From Selaginella moellendorffii (taxonomy: Eukaryota; Plantae; Lycopodiophyta), in the NCBI RefSeq assembly GCF_000143415.4, contig NW_003314285.1, positions 1,205,370-1,269,369 of the forward strand: a DNA stretch of 64,000 nucleotides. The letters run 5' to 3'. The translations under genes and the position numbers were made by a program. Each line of letters starts with the position of its first letter. Positions within the stretch are counted from its first letter, which is position 1. Under the pieces are notes generated by a model. The model ran no database searches. It saw only the letters and a list, made by a program, of their open reading frames with translations, and was not told the DNA's origin. This document shows positions 36,258-48,800 of the stretch, piece after piece.

Positions 36258-39200
36258 TGTCGTAAATGTGACTATGGGTATCGAAAGTTATTTGTTGGTT
36301 AGTCCTCTTAGATATTCTTTTCTTACTACCACGATAGTAGAAGGTTGGTATTGCTAAACTTTTTATCAGTCTCCACTTAAGATAGTTGAGAAATTGATCA
36401 TCACATGTGCACTTAGACTAGAAGGGCACTAAGGAAGGAAATCTTAAGTTGTTATTTAGTCAAATATGCTTAACATAGTGATAAGAAACTCATATTGTTG
36501 ACTTACACTTGCTAGTGTTGAGAACCCCTGTAATATTGAGCTTGGTCCTTCAATATTTGCTAGATTATAACTTACAGTGTTTGCCAAACACACTCACTAT
36601 CATGCCCTTATTTGGTTCTATTGGCTATTTATAAAAAGTGTTTAAATTTGCTAATTTGGCATATTTATGGAATGTAAAGATTGTCTTGATGGTCCTATAT
36701 CCAAATTTGCAATTTAAAGACATTCCATATTTAATAAGTTTCAAACTTATCCCAAAAACTAACTCCTAGTACTAAGGGTGGCTAAGGGTGAAAGCCCAAA
36801 GCATGTGTTCCTCGAGAAGAGGAGAGGGGGTGGGGGGTGTTATGGGGGGTTCTAAATATACGATAAGGATAGTGGGTAGGTCAGGCATGGTTGACCAACT
36901 TGAGGCATAGTTTGGTTTTTGCTTATATGGTTGGCCTTGTTCGGTGTCTGACTTGGGTCTAAGCCTATATTCCACACCATGCTAGTTGGTGGAGTACTTA
37001 TATCCTTATATTAGACCATTGATATGTTAAAATAGTGCTAAACTCCATTTGACTCTATTTTGTATTTTGGTCTTGGCATTGGGATATTAAAAGTTCTAGG
37101 ATTGTTCCAACATCATTGTGTACTCCTATCCCTTCGCTCCTTGGGCTCAACACTCAAGAATCACTCTATGGTTCAATTCCTTCACTCCTTTACTCTTTTG
37201 CTATAAGCTTGGGAGTTTAGCATTGTACCTTCATTTATTGGCCTAAGGTCTTAAAACTCGGGTTCCACCCCAATGTCCTTGGACATGTGGCACAATTAGG
37301 GTTTAGGTTCCACTTTATGATTATCCTATGGTAAGTCACTATAAGATAAAGGGTGAAAACCACATGCTCTACATTTGGTATTAGAGACTTGGTGGAGACT
37401 GATAAAGTTCTTATTATAATCACTAGAACTAATTCTTTGGTTTTCAGTGTAAGGTTGGATGGTACCATATGGATTGTGTTGGGTTTTCAAACAATGAAGC
37501 ACTTGATGAGGTCATCTTCTACTGTCAACAATGTCTAGCTATAATGGCACAATCTTGGAAGTGATACAAAGCAAGGCAAGGACTAAAAATGGTAATCTAT
37601 CATAACAACGTATATTGAAAATTTGTTCCATGCAGAGGTGGCAGAGATGAGATGTAATCAAAGAGTGTAACTCTGTACTTCTTCCTAGAAAGACAAGCCT
37701 TAATGTTCATGGATGTACATGGTAAAGCTAAAGGATAAAGACTTGATGATCAAGTCATTGTGATACTTATATCATATCTATATGATAATAAGCAATGTAT
37801 TTACGAAGTTGCTTGGTTAAACAAGATTCAATCCCGAAGTGGTTGATAGTGAAGCTAGTCTATTTGAATAAAGTAGCATAGAAGTAGTTTGACTAAGTTC
37901 TTGATAGTGATCCATTATGCTAAGTTTAAATTGGTACCATAGTTCCTTGAGATTTACCCATAAAGGTTTTGAAAAGAGTTATAGCCTTCACTTTCTATAA
38001 CTTATTGATTTATCCATTAGCACTTGGAGTAGATTGTTGAATAGAAAAGGTGTGAAATTGAGGCATTAACATTTTTAACACTTGTGTTAGTGAAAATGAC
38101 ATTATTGTTTTGAATTATGAGGAATTTTCCTTAGAACTTGATTTTCCATATCATTTTTCTTGTTAGTGTTTTGGCATCACATTGGATTTTGAAGACGATT
38201 GAAGAAAATTGTTAGTGCAATATGAATATCTAAAGATGTGATCTTTGTGATCAAGTTTTGGATATTCAGTTTTGGATATTTAGGATCACATATTGATGGA
38301 AAATAGTGTCGAATGTAAGATATATGGGTATGATGTTTAATGCTTAAGCATATTGTTGGGTCATGAGAACTTATATTACAAATAAACTTATATAAGAGGA
38401 AGTGGGTTAAGTATTGAGAATTTGTATTCCTAAACTAAAAGTCATTCTTTCTCTTGGATGGAAATTTTCTACAAATTTTTTTAAGCATTTTCAATAGCTG
38501 ATTTATTAATCATTTTGCTTGAAAACCATTCTATTTTTAAAAGCCATTACAAACTAATGAAGGGGTTAGAGTTGACTTTGGTTAGCTTAGACCTTAGTAG
38601 ATAATTTATATGATGTGGCCTGAAAGGGATGTTAACTTTTAAGGCTAAGACAATTGAGTTGGATAGAGTTTAGAGTTAGTGTAGAAAATTGGGTGTTACG
38701 CTTTTCTAGAAAGGTGACCCTTACACCTTTTTTTTGTAGTGTTATATTTGGTGGCTATGAGACACAAATCCCTAAGCCCCAAAATGGAGCCAAAAGGGTG
38801 CCACATGGTAGTGGCCAAAGCGAAAGCCAAACAAGCGTAACAGGTTTAAACTAAAAGCTCTAACTTGAAAGGTCGAGAGCGGGAGTGGAACTCCCAACAG
38901 AATGCTCGAGGAACAAGCATGAAACATGCAATAAGTGAGTCTCTAGAAAAAGGACACGAGAGGACTAACACATGACACATGGAAGTGTCCGAGATGGAGA
39001 TCGAAAGAGACTGAGCTAGAGTCCGAGATGGACCTGAGATGGAGTCCAAAATGGACCGAGATGGAGTTCGAGATGGACCCGAGATGGAGTCCGAGATGGA
39101 GTCGGAGATGGACCCGAGATGGAGTCCAAGATGGAGTCCGAGATGGACCCAAGATAGACCTGAGATAGAGTTTGAGATGGACCTGAGATGGAGTCTGAGA

Positions 39201-39929
39201 TGGACCCGAGATGGAAACCAAGATGGAGTCTGAGAAGGACCCGAGACGAAGTCCAAAGTCGAGACCGAGACCGAGACCGGGGCCGAGGCCGAGACTGAGC
39301 CCAAGCCCAAGTCCAAGTCCGAGTCCGAGTCCGAGTCCAAGTCCTAGTCCGAGTTCGAGTTCGAGTCTGAGAGGGTGAAAACCCAAAGTGTTCGTCTCCC
39401 AGACCCTGGGGGGTTTGGTGAGCTCCAAAAAAGTATAGTAGGGGGAAGACTCCAGTGGAGCCAGTTTAGCCAAGAAAGGCCAGTTTGGCCCAGGAAGGCT
39501 GTACCCTGGTGTTGGGTGACGGGATAACCACTGTCAAGACCCCCAACAAGATCAAGACTGGAAAATGCTAAAGACAAAGAGAAAAAGCTAGTGAAAACAA
39601 AGAAGAAGCCTTAGACTGGTGTTGATTCAGATTGTGGAGAAATGGAACAAGGCTAACCTATATATACTATAGGTTGATGAAGCTCCACCACTCTTGGATC
39701 GAGGACAGCCTAAATACAGCTGAGGTCGAGGAGGCGCCACATCATCATCAGGAATGTGGCTCGAGACTCAAGAATCGGGAAGTGTCTCGAGAGTCAGGAA
39801 TAGGGAAGTGTCTCGAGAGTCAGGAATAGAGAAGTGTCTCGAGAGTCAGGAATGTGGTCTGCAGGTCAGGAATCCGGCGAGAGTCAGGAATGTGGCAAGA
39901 ATTGGGGGATTCCTGACAGCACCCCCTCC

Positions 39930-40911
39930 TCAAGAACGAGTGGAACGAGGATGTGAACGAGAACGAAGAGGAGGATGAGATGAGCGGCGAGGGATGGGAG
40001 ATGGAGAAAAAGAATGAGGACTGGGACGAGAAGGATAGCGGCGGTGGAAGTCCTGAACAAGGTCAGGAGAATGAATCAGGTTGTCCGCAGGTTCCCAAGT
40101 GCGTTCCTCAGGTCCGTAACCCTTCCAGTCCACCAGATAGTAGAGTTTAGATCGTGAAATCTTGGAATCAAGGATGTCCTGAACCTCGTACTCAGACCCA
40201 TCCTCGAGCTGCACTGGTGGAGGCGGAGGAATGACCCGATTTGGAATAGGACTGGGAATATAAGGCTCAAGGAGAGAGGAGTGAAAAACGGGGTGAATTT
40301 GATATGAGGAGGGAAGTGCAAGGCGATAAGTGACAGGATTAATGATGGCAGTGATAGGGAAAGGACCAAGGCGTTTGCAATCGAGTTTTGGACAGGGCCT
40401 GGTGGTGGAGATATTTCGCCTGAGGAGCCAGACTTTATCCCCGATATTGTAAGGGGGACAATCCTGACGATGGACATTGGCAAATGTTTTATGAGATTCC
40501 TGAGCACGATGGAGGTGGAAGGAGATGGAGTTGTGGATTTCCTGAAAGTTGGAGAGAAATGATTCAGAGCGGGGATTTGAACGAGAGGATTCAGATGGAG
40601 AAGGAAGTGAGAGATTGAATCGGGGATTTCGGCCAGAGTTCGCAAAGAAGGGGGAAACTCGAAGAGAGGAGTGAACAGAGTTGTTATAGGAGAACTCAGC
40701 AAGGGGAAGGATATCGAACCAGTTATCCTGATGATAGTTGATGAAGCACCTCAAGAATTGTTCCAATGTCTGAATCGTTCGCTCGAACTGCCCATCAGTT
40801 TGAGGATGATATGCCGAAGAGAGGTTGGCCTTCACTCCAAGCAACTGCAAAAACCGTTGCCAGAAATGAGAGATGAACTGAGGCCCCCGATCCGAAACCA
40901 CATCTGTAAGA
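39930..40911 (-). pseudogene. pol: Pol 3' part: integrase core, GPF motif and chromodomain, cut off by the solo-LTR insertion
   Basis: SDRGPQF, YHPQTDGQ, LGPF, HPVFHSSLL and YEVQDILDS..YYLVDWKGYGPEERTWEP. Confidence 0.93.
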
Positions 40912-42060
40912 TGTAAGCCACAAATTTTTCCTTTCCACTTTGCCAACTTACCTCGCCTATCCGTCCAACACTGCCTTGGCTTTTTGCTAAGTTCCCTCGC
41001 CAAGGTTCTCGCCTATGGTACCAGCTCCTACTTGGTTTCAGCTACTCACTGCACGAGCAACGGAGTGTTAGCCATCCTTCCATGGATTCCCAAATCACTC
41101 CCAATCCCCCTCCCCGGGTTAGACTGGACTTAAGGTTTGGCTACACTCCCCGCAAGCACAAGCAGCCAAGCACACCAAGCTTCCAGGTTCCTAACATCCC
41201 TTGGTACCACAAGACTTGATCATGGGACCCTCTAAATCCCAAGTCTTGAGTGCAACACTTGCTTCGGGACGCCGGGGCGAAACACCGTGGCCTAGCGGCC
41301 CGGTATGGGTACCTCTCGCCCCCCACTTCCATCCCGAAGGAAGGCCCAAGCCCCTAGGAAGGGCGAGGACCAATGAGCCGCATGGTACTCAAGTGGGGCA
41401 CCACTCCACATGAGCCGGGAGCACCGCAATCGGTTTCCCTTTCGGGAGTGGGAGCTGCTCTTGAGCACTTCCTTGGATGGCCCCTCCGGCACCAGCCAAG
41501 TCCATGCTCACTCCCACCCAAGGCCCCTCGATCCCAGTCCCAACCTCAAGTCGGTTTGGAAGCCCAACTGGAGAGTCCCTTCAAAACTGGTTCCTGGACC
41601 TCACTATCCCTACTATACTTTTGGAACCCCCTGCAGCCCCCCCCCCCCTGGGAGACGCACGCTTTGGGCTTTCACCCCTTGACCCGTATTAGTATTTGGA
41701 CTTAGTCTCTGGCTCGATCTCGGACCCGATTTCGGATCCGACTTTGGATTCGGGTTCGGACTCGATCACGGACTCGATCTCGGACCCGATCTCGGACCCG
41801 ACCTCGGACTCGACCTCGGACTCGGTCTCGGACCTGATTTTGGATCCGGACTCCGTCTCGAACTCGGTCTCGAACTCGGACTCGAACTCGGTCCCCGAGT
41901 CGGTCTCGGACTCGATTCCGGACTCTATCTCGAACTCGGTCCTAGAGTCGGTCTTGGACTCGATCCTCGACTTGGTCCCATCCGATGAACTCTTTGTCAC
42001 TTCGGTCAAGCTTTTGGGGATCCTTTAGCCTACGACATCTCGGGGAGTCGGTTCCTTACA
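40912..42060. mobile_element. Solo LTR (1149 bp, family A-related) inserted in the integrase core; TSD TAAGA/TAGGA
   Basis: TGTAAG...CTTACA termini. Removing the insert and one TSD copy restores RLHGIPTDVVSDRG. Confidence 0.9.
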
Positions 42061-44857
42061 TAGGAATCCCATGAAGTCGGAAAATTTCCCTGAATACCAG
42101 TTTTGCCATGTCCTCGCCCGAAAACTCCTTGGTACATGGCAAGAAGTGCGCCATCTTTGTGAAGCGATCCACCACGACTAAAATGCTGTTGAAGCCTCCA
42201 GAACTCGGAAGATCACTCAAGAAATCCATGGAGATGGATTCCCAAGGACCTGAAGGGACCGGAAGGGAACGAAGCAAACCTGAAGGAAGGTGGCGAGGTA
42301 CCTTATTCTGGGCACAAGTGTCACAGGAGGTAACAAAAGCTTTGATGTAGTCGTCCATGTGAGGCCACCAAAAGTCCCGTGCAACTAGCTCATAGGTTTT
42401 CGCAATGCTGAAGTGACCAGCAGTCGGGCTATCGTGGCACGCCATCAGGATCAACCTTCGAGCATCACCTTCAGGAACGTAAAGCTGCTCCCCACGGTAC
42501 AATAAGCCATCTAAGAACTCGAACTCGTCAAATCGCCGGCAGTCGGGAGTCACTGGGTGTCCAGCCTGAAGATGGGGAAAAATGTCGCTAGCGAGATCAT
42601 CGGATTGAAGATCGTTTCTGATTGCATCCATCAAGGAGGAGTCCTGAGGGGCCAGGGAAATTGCCATAACTTGAAGCCGATCAGGACCGAGGATAACTTG
42701 ATCCTGTTGATCGAAGGCAGGATTACCAGGCCTGAGACTGAGATAGGAGTGCCTTGAAAGAGCATCAGGAAGGCCTTGAAACTTTCCAGGTCTGTACTTG
42801 ATAACAAAGTCAAACCGACTCAGGAATTGTGCCCACCTTGCTTGACGACGGCTTAAAACTCGGGAAGTGGCAAAGTACTCGAGATTTTTGTGATCCGTCC
42901 AGACTGTTGTTTGATGGCTCGCCCCCTCCAAGAAACGGCGCCACTCTCCAAAGGAATCCACGATGGCAAGAAGCTCCTTGTCGTGGATTTCGTAATTGAT
43001 CTCCGCAGGCTGGAATTTCCGAGAATGGAAAGCGACCGGATGAAGTTCGTGATCCGCTCCGAGTTGAGATAGCACAGCACCAATGGCAAAGTCGGAGGCG
43101 TCAGCCTCGATGAAGAAAGGTTGTGAGGAATCAGCATGGATCAAGACAGGAGCAGAACTGAAGGCCGCCTTGAGTGTGTCGAAAGCCTGCTGGGCAGCAG
43201 CAGACCAAGAGAAGGGAACATCCTTGCGAGTGAGATGTGTGAGAGGAAGGACAATGTCAGAGTAGTGATCAATGAATTTGCGGTAGAAGTTGGCGAAGCC
43301 AAGGAAAACCTGAACGTCTGACATTGATTGTGGAGGCTCCCATTCGAGAATAGTCTTGACTTTTGCAGGATCCATCGTGATACCCTCAGGAGTGACAATG
43401 TACCCAAGGAACTCCACAGACTGCTGATCAAAGGAACATTTCTCAAGCTTCGTGTATAGGCCGTGTTCTCGCAGCTTTGCTAGCACCTTGCGAACATGTT
43501 CGTCATGCTCCTCCTGAGTTTTTGAGTAGATGAGGATGTCATCGAGGTAGACGATCACCATCTGATCAAGAAACTCCCGAAAAACGTCGTTCGCCATGTG
43601 TTGGAAAACCGCTGGAGCATTTGTCAAGCCAAATGGCATGACAGTGTACTCGAAGTGGCCATAGCGGGTTCGGAACGCAGTCTTCCATTCATCACCAGGC
43701 CGGATCCGGATCAGGTTGTATGCTCCACGGAGGTCGATCTTGGTGAAGAAGCGGGCACCGCCGAGGCGTTCCAACAGGTCCGAGATCAGGGGCAGTGGAT
43801 AACGGTTCCGAACAGTCACCTTGTTCAAACCTCGGTAGTCGATGACTAGCCGCAAGCTCCCATCCTTCTTCTTGACAAAGAAGACAGGCGCTCCAGCCGG
43901 GGACTGCGAATGCTGAATGTAGCCCGAGGCAAGGTTCTCATCCACGTACTCTTTGAGGGCCTTAAGCTCGGACGGGGATAACCCGTAGATAGGCCCCCAC
44001 GGAGGTGACGCTCCTTCCTGTAAATCAATGGGACAATCATAAGGCCGATGAACAGGCAGTACACTAGCTTTTTTCTTGTCAAACACATCCCCAAAATCAT
44101 GATACTTCTCAGGAAGACTGACAGGAGAAACATGCAAAGCAAAAAGAAAAAGAAGTTCTTCATGAAGGAGTTCTTTCATAGTGATTGTGGAGATAGGAGG
44201 AGGAGTACGACTAAATGGAATGATGAGACAAGGATACTGTCCAGTGTAATATGGAAGAGAGAGAAAAGAAGAGGATGAAAACTGCGTAGAGTCAGGAACA
44301 GAACCCCGACTTGAGTTTAGGGAACTTTTCCTGATTCGGACTCGATGAACACCAGGGGAAGCCGTGGGAGATGGTGATGTGGGAGAGATGAGCTGTAAGT
44401 CCTTCCAAAAAATCTGAGGCTGATGTAGTTGGAACCAAGGAAGACCGAGCACCACAGAGGAAGACTTGCTGTTGATGATGTTGAAGGCGATATCGGTGAC
44501 GGTGGACCCGATGTGTACTCGAACGGGCAACGTTTCCCTAAGTCCAGAAGATGGAGACACAAAATGCCCGCCGATGCCTTCAACCCTCAGATCCCGTATG
44601 GTAGGAGAAAGAGGAACGTGATGTCGGGCAGCAAAGTCCGTGTCCATGAAGCAGGAAGTTGCACCCGAGTCCAGTAGCGCCAAAGCCTTGAGTCCTGATT
44701 GTCCGGTGAAAGAAAGGAGACATGGGACGCGGAAGTTGCGGGAATTGGTGGTGGCTTTGATGAAAGGTGGTGAGGAGCTTGATAAGGAAGAAAAGTGAGT
44801 TTTATTTGGGGAGTCCAAACAGACAGCTCCTACTCTGTTTGGACAGGGTCGTTTCCC
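42061..44857 (-). CDS. pol: Pol 5' part: protease, reverse transcriptase, RNase H, integrase N-terminus (reached by -1 frameshift)
   Basis: ALLDSGA, FVKKKDGSLRLVIDYRGLN, YLDD, EADASD, YEIHDKELLAI, HDSPTAGH..CDTC and SMDF. Confidence 0.95.
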
Positions 44858-45801
44858 GACTGCAACAGTGGTGGACTTTGAGGCAGAGTGAACTCGAGCA
44901 ATCGGGGAGGCTTCCTGGGACACACAGCTGCTTTGTGATTAGGATCAGCACAGTAGAGGCAAAGATTATGAGATATTCGACGTTGCCTCTCAGCAGGACT
45001 CAACTTCCCTCTAATGAGTCGGGGAGTACCAGAAATATCCATCGGGACCGGAGCAGTAGGTTCAGGACTATGCCCCGAAGACTCAAGCTGGGATTCCTGA
45101 GTCTGGGACGGAAAAACAGCGGCGCGGCGACTTTCCTGACGACGTTCAAAGAGACGATTGTCACATCGAACAGCTTTGTTGATGGCGTCCGACAGGTCCT
45201 TGGGATCCTCCATGGTGAGCAACAAATCCTTGACACCGTTGTTGAGGCCGAAACGAAATTGGTCAATCAGAGCCCGCTCATCCCACTGAGTGTCCAAGGC
45301 AAGGAGTTGGAACTCTGCAGCGTAGATCGAGGCAGGACGAGACCCCTGAGAGAGACGTCTCATCTTTGTGGTAGCAGCCCGAACCCGATCCGTCTCGCCA
45401 AAACATGCTTCGAGCTTCTCTTTGAACAATTGAAGATCCATCAGCTCCGGAACCACGACCCCTTTCATGCTCTTTTCCAGAAGAGGAGAAAACCATGACA
45501 AAGCTGCACCCTCGAGCAACGTCCCAATCGCACCGATTTGAGACTCGGGAGTGGGGTACCGCCGATGTTGAAGTGCAAAGATCAGCTCCATTTGATTCAA
45601 AAATCCACGAAGCTCCGAACGCTTGCCTGAAAATTTCGCCGGGAAACTCACCTTCGGTTCAGGAACTTTGCTGGATCCTTGAGCCGAAAGTGAAGCAAGC
45701 TCCTGCTGCATGCGAAGAAGGGTCGCCTTCAGCTCGGTATTCTCAGACTGGATTTTTGCAAGGACTTCGGCAAAGAAATCAGGATGGCTTGGAGACTCCA
45801 T
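44830..45801 (-). CDS. gag: Retrotransposon Gag with CCHC zinc knuckle
   Basis: PAKFSGKRSELRGFLNQ, LLEGAALSWF, YAAEFQLLA and CLYCADPNHKAAVC. Confidence 0.93.
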   Translation of the reverse strand: MESPSHPDFFAEVLAKIQSENTELKATLLRMQQELASLSAQGSSKVPEPKVSFPAKFSGKRSELRGFLNQMELIFALQHRRYPTPESQIGAIGTLLEGAALSWFSPLLEKSMKGVVVPELMDLQLFKEKLEACFGETDRVRAATTKMRRLSQGSRPASIYAAEFQLLALDTQWDERALIDQFRFGLNNGVKDLLLTMEDPKDLSDAINKAVRCDNRLFERRQESRRAAVFPSQTQESQLESSGHSPEPTAPVPMDISGTPRLIRGKLSPAERQRRISHNLCLYCADPNHKAAVCPRKPPRLLEFTLPQSPPLLQSGNDPVQTE

Positions 45802-48800
45802 TGGCAAGAAGAAAGAAAAGAAAGGGGGGAAAAGACAAAGGCAATCAAATAATCAAAACAAGCTAAAAGAAAAGCAAAAAGCACAATCTGAATCAAACTG
45901 TCAAGACCCCCAACAAGATCAAGACTGGAAAATGCTAAAGACAAAGAGAAAAAGCTAGTGAAAACAAAGAAGAGGCCTTAGACTGGTGTTGATTCAGATT
46001 GTGGAGAAATGGAACAAGGCTAACCTATATATACTATAGGTTGATGAAGCTCCACCACTCTTGGATCGAGGACAGCCTAAATACAGCTGAGGTCGAGGAG
46101 GCGCCACATCATCATCAGGAATGTGGCTCGAGACTCAGGAATCGGGAAGTGTCTCGAGAGTCAGGAATAGGGAAGTGTCTCGAGAGTCAGGAATAGAGAA
46201 GTGTCTCGAGAGTCAGGAATGTGGTTTGCAGGTCAAGAATCCGGCGAGAGTCAGGAATGTGGCAAGAATTGGGGGATTCCTGACAACCACTGGGAGGTCC
46301 AAGGCTAGAGTGAATACAGACTGTCAGGTAGGGTAGCTTGGTGAAGTGTTCAAGAGTCGGCTCTAGTTCCCTCGAGAGATCGAATGGTCGATGCTCCCAG
46401 TCCAAGTGTGGGTAGCACTACCTACTTGGATACCTAGTGTGACTCAACGGAAACTCGCTTTAAGCCCATGGCTAGAGCACCCAAAGGCAAAAAGCGAGAA
46501 GAGTATCCACAAGGTTCGCATAAGGCCACGGTGTTCCGAAATATTGTCCTAAAATCCCAGACTGTAGGATGGAAAGGAGCAGTCCTCTAGTGTGGTGACC
46601 AAGGATACGGTCATGTGGTGAGAAAGTCCTAGAGGACAGTGGGACATAGTGGTCAGGCCAGTGGGCCTTGTCCCAGTGACAGTGTAGGCAAACTCAGCCA
46701 TAGACGGGAAAGGGACTTGGTGGGGATTGTAAAAGGGATATTGGGGAAGGCGGTTCCCCATGTGTGTGGGCATCTTAAGGATGCTAAGGAGTGGATCTTG
46801 GATGGTCATTCTTGGACAGATGGCCCACTCGTTGAGAGACGAGACTACGATGCATGGACCACCGATATGACCAAGGTGAAGGGGCATGGCCTTAGCATAA
46901 CAGGCTGGTATATCAGTGGTACTTGGGGTGTCAGTCTTGGGACCAGACATATGGAGCACTTGGACTAAGTGCAAAGGAGGAGTGGCATGAATGCCATTCT
47001 CGGGGCTAGCAAGTCCCAAGTCCTGAATTGGACTTAAGGAGGTTGTGAATGAGACTCCTCTAAATGGTCAGAGGTGTGGTTAAGTGATTAAAGTAGAATG
47101 GAAAAATTAGTCGCTTACAGTGGCAAATTATATTTTGCATTTCATTAAATTCTATGAGAGTAGTGAACTTTTATTAATCTTGACTTAGTCTTGGTAGCTT
47201 TGCACCCTAGCTGAAGATAGTGATGTCTAACTTAGTTGTTTGAAGTTGAGGTGTTAGTACCTATTCTATAGCTTTCTATATAAGGAGGCTGTGTACTAAT
47301 ATAAGTTCATCTTATGGTCTTCACTTTAGTTTCAACTAAGTGTTGGTCATGCATAACTAACCTCTTTAAGGCATGCTTAGAGTTGCTGGCTAGACATGTT
47401 GGTGAGCTTATTACAGCTTGATTAAATTTGAGTGGTCATTTAATTTGTGCTTGTCCATGAACCTTTATCCTATACTTAGGGTATTACTTTCATGTTGGAC
47501 AATTATATGATTTAATGACAAGAGTTAGTGTTTGGGTCTTGTGAAGGCGAGTTAACAAATGATTATTAATTGTTTTGCAACTAGTAATTGCTTATAGACT
47601 TTGTCAAAAATTGTTGAAATTTGCTTCACTTAATGATGATTTAGGAGTGATAGACTCACTTTACTGGATGGTGTTACAAAGGATCATATCATGGGCTTGC
47701 ATTTTTTTTCTTCATGTTAGCATGTGAATTCCATCTTTGTTGATATCATTTGGTTGCATTTAGTTTGTGGTGTTAGATTACATTGAGTTTTGGATATGGT
47801 GATTCACTCCTTAATGATGTGTTATTTATAGCTAAGTATTGCTAAAGAATTTGTCTTAGATACTAAGTAAGGTATTTTTAACTTTGGTTCACTTGGTTAT
47901 TAAAGAGTTTTGAGTAGTGATCCACTTATACTTTCTTTTAGCTTTGTTCTAGTGTTGATAGTATTGAAGTGATGCTCTATCATTTACATTGTTAAAATTA
48001 AAAGTAGAGTGAAATAAGAAGCTTCTAGATGTGTTAAAGAGAATATTGTGGGTTGTACCATGATTTTCTCTTTAGTATTGAAGTTAGTTTATGCAAGATT
48101 TGTAATCATTGTTAAGTGAGACTTGACCATAGACTTCTTCAAGCTTTTAGTTCTTTGAGTTTTGTGCTCATTGTTCTATTTATTAAAAGTTGTTAGAGAA
48201 GCATTTTAGCTCATTAGCTTTGATATTGAAATTAACTTTTGCATCTGGCAATCATTAGTGATGATTGATTATTATCTAGGATAGTTGATTATTCTTATTG
48301 AAGATTTTACCTAATTATTATTAATATAAAATAATTTACCATTCTTTAGGATGGTGGATTATTTCTTCAATGATGATTATGCATTTTTCTATTAATAAAA
48401 TGATTGATGATATTTCATGATAGTTGGTAATTTTCTTTAATAGCTTATGGCTTTTTGCATTACCACATATTCTTTATGGTTTACTTTGGATTGGTATCTT
48501 TGTTGTTGACATTTTCTTGAGCAACTCTGGTTCTTTAGTGTTATTGATCAGAATAGTGTAACTATTAGCATGAACAAGTATTTATTCACCTTTATAGCAT
48601 TTACTTTGTTTTGTTGATTGTTGCTAGAGGTTGGTTCTAATAGATTTGTTTGGGTGATACATTTGCAAGTATTTTGTTTACCAATCAATGATACTTTGTG
48701 TTCTTATAGTTGTCTTTCATAAGTTGTTTGGCATACTATCTACACTATTTAATAGTTAAGTTTTATCATTTAGTGTTTTTGATGGTACACTTACTATTGA

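Larger units (their letters stand above)
39532..46285 (-). mobile_element. Young full-length Ty3/Gypsy chromovirus (Tcn1/Tf1-sushi-like); 387-bp LTRs at 39532-39918 and 45899-46285; TSD ACCAC
   Basis: TGTCA...TGACA LTRs differ at about 4 positions by eye, all transitions. ACCAC on both sides. PPT GAGGAGGGGGTGC at 39919-39931. gag and pol ORFs present. Confidence 0.97.
38756..47119. mobile_element. Family-A solo LTR (split by the chromovirus), TSD GTGGC
   Basis: GTGGC at 38751-38755 and 47120-47124. Termini TATGAGACAC and GTCGCTTACA. The two halves are collinear with 28164-30030. Confidence 0.9.
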
